Shown: positions 48,726 through 60,210 of the stretch, piece after piece | How the letters are laid out: every line of letters begins with the position of its first letter | Position numbering within the stretch: position 1 is the stretch's first letter | Assembly (NCBI GenBank): GCA_002633005.1 | Contig: NMRA01000331.1 | Span: forward strand, 342,267 to 406,266 | Length of the DNA stretch: 64,000 nucleotides | Direction: 5' to 3' | Source: Phoronis australis | Taxonomy: Eukaryota; Animalia; Phoronida | The notes under the pieces: generated by a model | The model's input: only the letters and a program-made list of their open reading frames with translations | Database searches by the model: none | What the model was told of the DNA's origin: nothing | Translations under genes and position numbers: made by a program

Positions 48726-50217
48726 CGGTACTCGTTCGGGTTACTGCCCATGCCCGGCTTACTGCCCATTCCCGAAATTTCCAATTTTTCAGTTTTAAGC
48801 GCCCATGCCCTGCTTACCGCCCACCCCCAACTTTTCATGATCGAGACTTCCTTAAAAGTGTCTGTGCTTCTGTGAACGTTCATGGCACAAAACTAAGAAT
48901 CCAAAACGTGCGCAACTTGCTTAACCTTCAGTATCAATCGATCAGTTTTAGTGGAACCGGGACCTTGCCTTACTATGGCGGTAAAATACCCGTATTCTCA
49001 TGAGCTTTATTAAAGGAGACGCAATTATTTCCTGTGGCTCACGCACGGAACTCGTGTCAGTATTTACTGATCAATGAGACAGCGCCGGTCGAATGTATTT
49101 CATTGCCGTGGAAGAACAAGCAAAGCAATACTTGACAGGAATTTGAAGTCCGTGCTCTACCTTTCTGTGATTCCCCCTATGTGCCGTGACAGTACACGAA
49201 ACATCACCACCCTGAGCAGTGAAATAAGGAAAAAGCACCAGTACACCAACATTATTTTGGACGCATTGTTTTGAATACAAGCAGACACGAGTCATGGCAA
49301 ACCAACTTGTCTCGCTGTTTCCTGCCTTGGTTGAAAGCATGTTTTTAATGGCTCACTCCCGACACCAAAATTGATACGCCCAACCAAAATGGAAGTGACA
49401 AACCAAAAGCAACAGCGCAAGAAATCGGCTTTTACTAAGCGCAGGTCAAACATTCTATCCATATCCACGTGGTCAAAAACTTAGTTTTTAAACTCTTGAT
49501 TTGCCTTATGTCATTTTACATGACGTGTTTTTGTTTCATTATTTTTGCAGCCGACCTAGCACCCCTATTGCCCAATAGTAGTATCATCCAATTGTTGAGC
49601 ACGTGCTTTGAACAAGAGTGGTGTGGCTGTACTCATACTCAGAAAGAAATATACAATGTATATAAGGTGTTTCAATTTTCAAACTAGGTTCAAAGCACTT
49701 TAATGTTCTTTAAAAAAACTGTCAATCATTAGCACCTGTCTTGGTTGCCAAAGTGTCTAGTGGGGAGAAAAGCTACAAAATCAGGTGCTTTCCTTATAAA
49801 TGCGGCACACTAGCAGAGTCGTGCTTGATTTGCCTTTTCTATGAAGAAACTTGCCCCACTGAACGCACACCTACCTGCAGGAATACAGGAGAGATGCCGA
49901 GCAGCGATGGAGGTATGTAAAAACCCAATCACGCTCAGGATCACGGCGCCCTGTATCGTGTGCGCTATTCCACTTCTGGGAGTGGAAGTCCGTTGGTTCA
50001 ATCATAGACTGGTTTAATCCGCCAACGTATATTTGAACTGATATTCTTGAAGTCCGACGTCAGTGTAGCTCCGTGAAGGTAAAATCGGTCCTCCATTCAG
50101 TAAGCTCCTGACTTTTCAAAAATTTTGATTTTAACTGACCATGCTCGGCTTACTGCCCACCCCTTGTTTTTAGATTCCCAATTTAAGCGCCCTGGGCGGT
50201 AACCCGGACGAGTACGG
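48726..50217. mobile_element. TA-flanked non-autonomous DNA transposon (Tigger/mariner type)
   Basis: TA at 48724-48725 and 50218-50219; TIRs CGGTACTCGTTCGGGTTACTGCCC / GGGCGGTAACCCGGACGAGTACGG; TTACTGCCC and TTAAGCGCCC subterminal repeats. Confidence 0.8.
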
Positions 50218-53200
50218 TATGCTAGTTCAGCTACACACTGCCTGGGAGTGTTATCGGCAAAGGTCATTACACATGTGTTAGTAGCAATTGGTTGTCAAGG
50301 TTACATTCCTGGAAAGTGAAATACCTCAAGTGCCCCCCCACCCCACCCCTGTGTAACCCTAGTTAAGAGCTGCCTGGTCTGGATGACCCTCCCTTCGGCA
50401 TGCGCCCGGGGCACCGAGTCAGTCACTTGTATGTTTAATATGAAGTCCAGACCGTTACTTTTGTTTAACTTTGTTGACCTAAGGTCTGTCTTGAACTGAA
50501 TCATTAAATTTGCCTCTCATGAATTGTTTTGTATTGACTTTAAATGTTTGCCTTTTCACACCGTTGATGATCGCACTGTCACAAATATTCAATGTTGGGG
50601 TGGCCCAAATTTCTGGCAACCGGTGGAGACTAAATTTTGTAACAACCTATGCAGACATTACAATATGAATGTAAAATTGCAGATTTGAGGAATTTGTTGC
50701 AATGAACAGAGGGCCACAGCCCCCTTGGGTGCCCTCTTCCTATGACAGTGGCTCTCCCAACAAAGGTAAAAAACAAGAGCAAGGCAGATTCGGCTTTTAG
50801 TGGCGTCCACAGTCTCCATGTAAGCAAACAGCGACACCATCTATCATTTGGACGAAGTACGCATGCCTGTCACAATTTATGTACATAATTTTTTGTAATA
50901 AGCAATAATCATCAGTGTGGTTTTCAGGCAATGGTAATTAGTAATGCTTTTTAAATTGTGTTTTTGCAAGCTAATTACATGTTGCAAGAGCCCTCTATAG
51001 GTGGTTGAGGCAAATGAGAACACGCAAATTGGACAAAGTGCAGTTCGTCATAAGCAGAACTATGGGAGAGGCAAAACTTTTTATTTTAGATTACGAACAG
51101 GTTAGGAATGACTGAACAACTTATTATTATCTATTATATAAGATGCATCGTTTGTACAAACTCCGTCTCCCCCGCTCCACTACAGACCTTCATTCCGCCC
51201 GTTTCGGCACTGCCTTGGTCCCAGGTATTGCACCGGCCCCCTGTTTGGATTCGAGGTGTTGATGTGTTAGCAGTGAAAGGCATTCTGTTCGGTTAGGAAC
51301 GTTGAATGCGCGACACAGTGCGAGAACGCAGTCCAAGGATAATACTAGTCTGAAGGAGGATTATAGTTTTGTTACATACTCTTTTACTGATACTACTGAG
51401 TCTGTTACAATCCATGCTATCATACACTTATATAGTGACATACACGAATCATAACAGGATAAACTGAACAAACATGTTTACTAGTACAATTCCTCATGTT
51501 GGGGGTGTATTACGTAACACTTAATTCTCTGAACTACTCCTACACATGCACTCACTCAGATATGAGATCATACTCTAACACTCCCCCTTGATCTCATATT
51601 CGTCACATTTATTATGCAATATTTAATTACAAACATCATTTCCTAAAACATAGTTAACAAACTTCTGTAGTTTCACTTTTGACAACTTCGTAAACATATC
51701 TGCAATGTTTTCACATCAGCCAAAACAATATCCAGCAATACTGTGTCTGTTATCAGATGATCCCCAATCTGCATCACTAAAACCAATAATTCTCAAATAA
51801 TTTTCAGACTTTCTAAGTCTGAGTGAATAATCCATAGTTCCTTTCAAATAGCGAAATTAACACCTGTTTCAATTTAATCATGTCAGCCTCAATTGGCTTT
51901 GACAGTTTCTGAGATAATTTTGTCACAACAAAACTTAAGTCTGGTCTTGTACACGCCATTGCATAAATCAAACTTCCCACTATTTCACAATACATTGTTT
52001 TGTCTACTACTGCTACGTCATTGCACGCTTGAGTAACATCTTGTTCACAAGGAGTCGATCTGGGTTTACAATCTGTCATCCCAAATTTATCTAACAGTTT
52101 TCTCAAATACTTCCCCTGACTCATCAATTTCGCCTTGTTTGTGCTCAAACTCTATTCCAAGAAAATAGACAATTTTACCAAGATCTTTCATCTTAAACTT
52201 ATTACATAACATCTTGGTATTTCTGAGTAAAACCTCATCACTTGCCACGATTATTATATCATCGACCCAAATCAACAGCAATGTCATGGATCCCTTTGGA
52301 TCACAACTAGTAAACATACACGGGTCAACTTCATTCTGTTTATACCTCATCTCAATAAGATAATTTCTGAGAACGTAATTCCAATTCCGGCCACTTTGCT
52401 TCAAGCCATACAGTGACTTATTAGGTTTCCAAACAAGTCTTTTATTCCTCAAAACCTTGTGGTTGTGTCATAAGAATTTCGCAATCAATCGGTGCATTTA
52501 AATAGGCCGTTTTCACATCCATTTGGTGTACATGTAAATCGTTCTCAACTGCTAATTGAATTACTGCCCTAATAGTACTCAATTTCACAGTTGGAGTATA
52601 TGTATCATAGTAATCTCTTCCAGGAATTTGGCTATAACCTTTTGCCACAAACCTCGCCTTGTGAGTTATATTACCCTTGCTATCTTCCTTAATGGCAAAC
52701 ACCCACCTGCCGTCAACAATATCATTGCGTCCCTCAGGCAGTTTGGTCAATGTAAATGTATCATTCTTCCTTAACGAGTCCATTTCTTCATTCATGGCCT
52801 TTTCCCAGAATTCTGATTCATTTGAATTCATTGCCTCCTCATACGTTTGAGGAATTCCCATAATTTTGTACCAATAATCAATTTTTTCCGGCCACATAAT
52901 CATTCAAATAACTTGGGGTCTTTTTTCTCTGAGAGGATATCTTCTTTGACCACCCTCAGTTGTGTCATTATTCTCATTTGACTCATTCTTTATTTGACTG
53001 GATTCAGTCTTAATTTCGCCATTTTTCTCTTCCTTAGTTTCAGGATTCATTCTTGGCAATCTCACCAATTCTTCATCATACTCATTTGGTGTGGCATCTG
53101 ACAAATCAAAATTATCAGGGAATTTCACTAACCGACTTCTGAGAATTCTGTCACTCTCAGGATCACAAACAAGATATGCGGGACTCCCCCTGTCATGTCC

Positions 53201-54423
53201 AACAAAAATACCCCTTATGCTTTTTGCGTCAAGTTTCTTCCTCTTGGGGTCATTATCTTATGCATTACACACGCTTCCGAAAATATGCATGTTGCTTACA
53301 TCCTGTTGTCGTCCAGTGAACCCTTCCACTGGGGTTTTCTTAATATTTGAGTTGAAACATCTGTTTCTAATATATGCAGCAGACATAACCGCATAAGTCC
53401 AAAATCTTTTTGGCAAATTGGCATTTATCAACAAGCATCTGGCCATTTCAAATAAAGTGCGCCGCCCTCGTTCAACTGTCCCATTTTGGTGTGGGGAATA
53501 GGGGGCCGACTTTTCGTGTTTAATACTGTGGCTCAACATGAACTCCTGAAATTCGCTCGATGTAAATTCTGTACCATTGTCGGTACGCATACGCTTCACT
53601 TCTCCATAGGGTGCACAGTCTGCTATAAAACGTTTTGTGGCCTTGACTGTGTCAGACTTCTGTTTCATAAAATATACAATATTCACCCCACTAAAATCAT
53701 CAACGAAGGATATTGCATATCTAAATCCATCTTTTGAAATGGGGTCAATAGGTCCTGCCAAATCACAATGAACGAATTCTAATGCTTTCGTACTGCGGGC
53801 ATCTGGATTCCTATTCCTAGTATTAGTCATTTTCCCCTGAGTACAAACGTCACAATCCACCTTAGCCTTGTCAGTAATTTTCATACCTCTAACAACTGTT
53901 TCTAATCTCAACACGTCATCATTGTTACAATGGCCAAAAATGTTGTGTCATGTACACAGGTCATGCTCTCTGACTTTATTTTCTGTGTCAGAAGCCAATA
54001 CATCCAAATAATCCAAATGATACAATTTTCCACGTTTTTCAATTTCGAATTCTGTCCCATCACGAGCAATTAATTTTGCATTTTCTGATTCAAAAATCAC
54101 TGAAGCTCCATTAGCAACAGCAGCCTGGACAGAGAATATTTCCTGTGGATAGCTTGGTATGTACAAAACATTTGTCAATGTGGAACAGATGACATTGCCC
54201 TTACTGTCTATTAGCCTAATGTCAACATTACCACGTGCCTGTGCTATACCAGTTGTCCTAGTCCCATCTGCCAATTCTGTGCAGTGACTAGACGGATCAA
54301 ATTTCTCGTCTAAACATTTAAACTTAGACCTGTCTGTAACAATATGAGATGTTGCCCCAGTATCAACTAACAGTTTTTTTACTAACATCTGATCATGTTT
54401 AAACCTGTCATCGCTAACCTTAA

Positions 54424-56108
54424 AGGCGAAGGCAACTTTTTTCCATGTCATTTTGAGCTAAAAAAAGGTCGGTTGGTTATCCTAGACATATTTTCCACTT
54501 AATTACAGCTTTTCGTAATTTTATAAATTACTCGTCCGCTACTCCGGAAGTGACGTTTTAGGAGGCAAGCGTTTCCCGCCACTTGGTTTTGCGTTGACTA
54601 CCGTGCGAATCTGTTCTATTCTACTTTTGTTTTGTGCAGTTTTTCAACAATTGTGGCCACCACTTTCCATCGGCGAGTATTCTGCTACAAGATAGGTTAG
54701 TAGAGAACTCAACTACGTTGGATTTAGGGATTGTTTAGTGTGTTGTAAGCTGAAAATGGCTGGAGTCAGTGACCCGTACCACAGTGACAGTAGTGTGAGT
54801 AACGGAGACCTTGTTCACAGCAGTGGTGACGAGGCATTTTTTCACGGACATTCAGTGGGTGGGTACATGTTTGAGCCCGAGTATAACGAGGCAGAGTACG
54901 CACAGGCACAGGCAAGTGTTGAGAGAAACGAGGCGGCTACTGAGGATAGACGTGGTGACACATCTTGGTGCAAATGCACTGTGTGCATTGTTATGCCTAC
55001 CTCAATGGAATGCTTGTGCTGTTCAGAGTTCGACGAGGCCAAGCCACTACTGGACATGGTTAAGTGGACCTCTGCATACCACGGACTGAGGAACAACTGT
55101 CCCACTTTCCAGAGTGTCTCGCGACACACTCCCACTGGATGGTAACCTGAGCACCCAAACTGCTTAAATCGTTTCGTGTGACTCCCTCGCCACACATCTG
55201 GCACCTTCTAAATAGCTCCAACACTTTAGACAAGTCCACAATAAACTTATCAAAGTTTGGCTCACCGATCTGTTCACTGGACGAAGAACTGTCCTCTTCA
55301 CTGGGTGTCGAACTGAGCCTGTAATCACTCCCACTACTCAATATCGCTGCAGGGCTGCTTAGAGGCTCTGGGCTGGAGAAAACAGCTCAGGGCGAAGCAC
55401 TACTGGTTCCAGGAATTGCACGCTCTGGGGTACGTTCGGAGGCACGGGGGACAGTAGAGGAAGTGCCTCCACTGGCTCCAGTCACTGTACTGGCCACAGC
55501 TCGTGAGGCTTCTCGCTTCAAAAACGCACTTCTCGAGGGTGGCGACGGGGCACTGCCGGGAATCAACACAGAAGGAATGGCATCCTTCTTCAGACGTTGT
55601 TTCGCAGGGACCTTCACCAGTTCAACGTGCAAATACCTTTCGTAATCGGACGGCAGAAAGTGCTTGCCACACACACGGTTAATTCTCCACTGCTTTGTAC
55701 GTTGCGTGGACGGGTAACGCTGCGTTCTTCACACGAACGAGCCAAGTACGGCAAAGTGTGTCATCCATCGGAAAGCGATGCAAAGGTACTCCCAAAGCGT
55801 GCGTGAGACGATAATTAGTACATCCTGGTACGCAGCAACAGTGTGGCATGTTGACTGACTAGTAAATGAAAGCAAACGACGACGGAACTTAACACAACCG
55901 AGGTAGAACAATGACTGACTCGGCAGCTCTCACATTCAGACTATATGAAAACCAAGTGGCGGGAAATGCTTGCCTCCTAAAACGTCACTTCCGGAGTAGC
56001 GGACGAGTAATTAATAAAATTACGAAAAGCTGTAATTAAGTGGAAAATATGTCTAGGATAACCAATCAACCTTATTTTAGCTCAAAATGACATGGAAAAA
56101 GGTTGCCT
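54424..56108 (-). mobile_element. Non-autonomous Kolobok, copy 2, inserted into the Copia gag-protease linker
   Basis: TTAA TSD at 54420-54423 and 56109-56112; AGG...CCT; TIRs of about 165 bp. Removing it restores the Copia frame ...FDDFSFKVSDDRF. Same deletion junction as copy 1. Confidence 0.9.
54756..55145 (+). CDS. KolX-like N-terminal ORF of Kolobok copy 2
   Basis: MAGVSDPYHS...GYMFEPEY...WCKCTVCIVMPTSMECLCCSEF, near-identical to 10018-10413. Confidence 0.7.
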   Translation: MAGVSDPYHSDSSVSNGDLVHSSGDEAFFHGHSVGGYMFEPEYNEAEYAQAQASVERNEAATEDRRGDTSWCKCTVCIVMPTSMECLCCSEFDEAKPLLDMVKWTSAYHGLRNNCPTFQSVSRHTPTGW

Positions 56109-57879
56109 TTAAAACTGAAATCATCAAATCTACTTCCCTGCTGGTCTTGTTCCTCAGCTGCTTTGTGGGCTTTGCTTGTGCATTTCCTTCTTCGGCAATC
56201 TTCGAAGTTGTGGGAGCTGTTTTTACACAGTCTGCACCATCTTGTTCGAGTTCTGCAATCTTGTGCCTTGTGCCCTTTTCAACCGCACGTCCAACATGCC
56301 ATTGGTTTGTTCCGTCGGTAGGTCGCCGATCTCATTACGGAGTCATCTGTATGTTGTCTCGCATTTTCATTTTCTTCAAAAGACTTTAACTTCACTTTGA
56401 AGTCTCCAAACGTAATTGTATCTATGTTCTGAGACACATAAACGATGAAGGGTCCGAATTTGTCTGGTAATCCCTTCATGGCCATTGCGATCAACAGGCT
56501 ATCGCTTATTACCTGTTCCGCTGTTCGCAGGTAAGTTGCAGCACGTTCTGCCCTGATCAGATAGTCTGTCACAGACTCATTTGCTTGCATTTTTAGTGAC
56601 GTCAGTTCGCTGTATAGCCCAATTATTCTTGGCTTACTGTACCCCGTATAATGTTCTCGTAAAATCTTGAGTGCCTCACGGCTGTCATTTCTCGCATCTC
56701 AAATTATTAAGTTCAAACTTTTGTCGTCCAAGTGTTGAACTAGTTCACAGAATGCTTCTTCATTCTTCTCATCATCGACGGTTTCCGCGTCGGATTCAAT
56801 TGTCGCTTTCAGATCTAGCGATTTCAAGTGTCCGAGAAACTTAATTTCCCACAGTTCATACCTTCTTTCATCTCCATCAAAACATAGCCGATTCAGTCTT
56901 CCTGAACCTCTACTCACGCTAGTGCTGGAACTGCTGACCGTGCTGGGCCCATAACCTGTTGATGTGCTAGCAGTGAAAGGCATTTTGTTCGGTTAGGAAC
57001 GTTGAATGCGCGACACAGTGCGAGAACGCGGTCCAAGGATAATACTAGTCTGAAGGAGGATATTAGTTTTATTACATACTCTTCTATTGATACTACTGAG
57101 TCTGTTACAATCCATGCGATCATACACTTATATAGTGACATACATGAATCGTAACAGGATAAACTGAACAAACATGTTTACTACAATTCCTCATGTTGGG
57201 GGTGTATTACGTAACACTTAATTCTCTGAACTACTCCTACACATGCACTCACTCGGATATGAGATCATACCCTAACACGAGGTGTTCTATTTTTTTCTCG
57301 CGGGCCGTTTTTTCGCGGAGGGTGGCCAGTTTCGTACTGGTCTAGGTGACGTCAGTCAGGCGGCTCACTCCGTTGGCTTAATTTCACTCCCTCTGGTTTC
57401 TGTGACGTATATAATTATCGGATCTGTCGCCGCCAAAATTAATGATGTCTCATTAAAAAATTTACACTTTCTTGAGTAAGCTAAATTATTTACCCAGGTG
57501 TTGGAAAATTGGCGTTCCTCAGTTATTCTGCTGCTAAAATTGCGATGCGCTTTGGGTGTCATTGCGTCACCTATCGGGCTAATTTCCATGTTCTTCAATC
57601 AACTGTGGAGGTTGCGTACATGTCATAACAATCAGAAGTGGTTTCATTTCGTTACATGTTTTTACTATTTTAATACCAAAAAATCGATTTCAGAAAATAC
57701 TCTCGAGAGATATCGCAAAGTTTTGGGAAATGGCACGTACGTGCGCGTGTCACGACGGCAGATAGTAGGATTTTCCTTTAAGGAAGAGAATTACGAAAAA
57801 TAACGTTTATTAGATTTTGTTTACATCTATAAACAGCTGTAACGGGCACTGTGAATGTCGATTCGTACCCAGATTCTGC

Positions 57880-58560
57880 ATGCATCCCTACAGGTTAACT
57901 CTGAAGTTTCATGACGAGGTGACATGCTGAGCACCCTGGTTGTGTGAAATTCTGGTGTCTAAAGGAGCTCTGCACACGGCTACCTAGCTGTATGTTGACG
58001 ACAGTCCTCATACAGCTAGCTGGCTTTCTACCTCAGTACGTACATTTATGATGCAAGTTATGTAAATACATCCAGGTGGGGATCCAGAATTTTGAGTTGG
58101 GGGGCACGGCAGAGTATTAGCCAGAATTTTGTCCTTCATGCATTCGCACCCCCGAACTGCCAAATGGAATCTGGGAGAATTTTATGGGGGCCATGACCCC
58201 CTTGCCCCCCTCTAAATCCGCCACTGACATCTATATACGTTGTGTACTATACAATATTTTAAATGCATTCTTAGTTTTCACTTTAAACTGAAGAGTATCT
58301 GATTACCATACTTTGTGTCACGGCAGGGTCAAATGCTCTGGAAAGAACTAGCGGAAGAATCCCACAGTCGCACACCTTAATTGCCTACTAAAATCTGACA
58401 GGTGACAGAAATTCTGCTTGAAGCTTTGAACACGGTCTCTTCAAGAAGTATTCCTGTCTCTTGCGATGAACACTCGATCGGTTCACTCTCAAGTGTAGCT
58501 ATTTGTCCTCGGCGTTTCCCACTAGCTGCTACCCGTGCAAAAGCACGGGTAGCAGCTAGT
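57880..58560 (+). mobile_element. Helitron-like non-autonomous element ending in a hairpin and CTAG-T
   Basis: Terminal ACTAGCTGCTACCCGTGC-AAAA-GCACGGGTAGCAGCTAGT (58521-58560); homologous to 44100-44595. Confidence 0.65.
58073..58226. mobile_element. MITE with CAG...CTG ends and a 5-bp TSD (hAT5-like)
   Basis: ACATC at 58068-58072 and 58227-58231; absent from the homologous site near 44275. Confidence 0.75.
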
Positions 58561-58673
58561 AACGTCTATTTTTGGAAAGGTGTAATATGGCTACTAGAGA
58601 GTGCCAAAGTTGGCCGAAAATGTCTTCATTGAAAACCTGCAAAATAGTCGTTTTTGCCACACAAAATCAAAAC

Positions 58674-58958
58674 CAGTGGCGTATTTAGGGTGTTGAGTGT
58701 TGCCAAGGGGGCATGGCCCCTTCTAAAATTCTCCCAGATACCATTTGGTAGTTCGGGTGCGAATTGCTGACTATCATATGAGCGCACCCACGGTGGCCCG
58801 GGGGATTTACCTTTTTGTTTTTTAGTAATAAAGTCCACAAACCCAAAAATTCGAAATCCCTGCATCCCTACATTTTAGGCTGAGCGTGCACATGTGCCCA
58901 AATTCTGGTTATTCGTGTGCCCTGGCCCCCCTAACTCAAAATCTTGGATACGCCCCTG
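58674..58958. mobile_element. MITE of the same family, inverted, with a 5-bp TSD
   Basis: AAAAC at 58669-58673 and 58959-58963; CAGTGGCGTAT...ATACGCCCCTG; shares TCCCAGAT.CCATTTGG.AGTTCGGG with the reverse complement of 58073-58226. Confidence 0.8.
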
Positions 58959-60151
58959 AAAACATACAAATTTGAAAATGAATTTTGAAAGTTTTGCTAT
59001 TGAATTATTCAATCGTAGTCGTTTCAAAGCGTATCACTCATTTGTTATCAGCTGACTATACGTGCTAGTAAAATGCATTCAAATGTCTGCTTTGGCGCCC
59101 ATTCTTGTTGCTAAATGGAGGTACAAGTCTTAAAAAGAGAAATAATGGATGATTACTTTTTAAAAGTGAGATTATCTACATCTCACCAAGACAAACTCAT
59201 GGTAAGTTTAAAAAATATGAGAATTTGGGTATAAACTCTTACCTGTTGGTTTATATGTACAGATTCACTCTTAGCACTGTATATAAAATACCTTGTGATA
59301 TTAAATAAATGGTGTTCATTACTATGAAAATCTATCAAAAATTTTTTTCCTGACAAAACTGCATCAAGTCAACTGCCTAGTTTTCATGAAAAATTATACT
59401 TTGTCATTCTATCCTTAAAAATTTGCATCTAAACATGTAAAGGATTATCCTTAATTAAAGATAATTGGTTTTGACTTACATCTAGTTAGAACTTGTTCTA
59501 CTTGACCACAGGTAGGTCACACCAGAACACAACCTGTAACTAGCATATAGGTAGAATTGATAGTAAAATTGGCATTGGTTTTATGAAAGGAACTTACAAC
59601 CTTTTGTTTGCTGTTCTGGTTCTGTCTTGAATGCTTTGGAACATTTATAGGGGTACACTGCTAGGAAAACCACGCTTAAAAGTGCCCCTTCAAATAGTAG
59701 TCCACGCCATTAGAAACGCACAAAATTATCTGCAGCGTAGTGGTTGTATAATGCACAGTGTTCACTACTGAAATTGAACTCTAGAAATTTGCCTGAAGTT
59801 AAGCAGTTTGTATTGTGGAGAACACTGCTTTAAACAGTAGATTTTGTCATCAAAATTCTGAGGTAGCCCACTCTGCTCCTTTATGCGGCACATACCATTG
59901 CTTAATTGCATCCTTTGTTAGTGAACTGTGGAGAAGAATAGTTGCATATTCGATAAGCTACATCCTTATTTCATCCTTAAAGTCCTGGTCTTAAAATGCC
60001 CATGTGGTTCCAGTATCTGAAAATACTAACTAAAGAAATTCCTATTTTCTTTACATTCTTTTCGCCTTTCTTGCCACTAGCAATTTTTTAACAGTATTTG
60101 ATCCTTCTCTGTGAGCATATAATTAGCGGCTGTCATCGGTTATTTCCGTAC

Positions 60152-60210
60152 CCACATTTCCGGGTCATCAGTTCAGGAACTTGTACTGAACGCCGCCATT
60201 TTTTCCTTGT
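60152..60210 (-). promoter_or_regulatory. Candidate promoter and non-coding first exon (possibly EXOC2 exon 1)
   Basis: On the minus strand: AAAATGGCGGCG (YY1-type, 60191-60203), CCGGAAAT (ETS-like) and a GG|GTACGG donor at 60150-60151. Confidence 0.35.

Larger units (their letters stand above)
51257..57277 (-). mobile_element. Full-length degenerate Copia LTR retrotransposon
   Basis: LTRs at 51257-51580 and 56957-57277 (TG...CA); CGAGG TSD at 51252-51256 and 57278-57282; PBS GGTTATGGGCCCAG; PPT CAAGGGGGAG. Order gag, protease (LVDTGATSHI), integrase (VHCDLAGP, MRTDNGTEF), RT (HQMDVKTAYLN, WVDD); most of RNase H is deleted. Confidence 0.96.

Noticed and set aside
53948-54451. ORFs starting MTWKKVAF (also 56087-56389)
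   Set aside because: The start lies in the Kolobok TIR and reads outward into Copia sequence; it is an insertion artefact.
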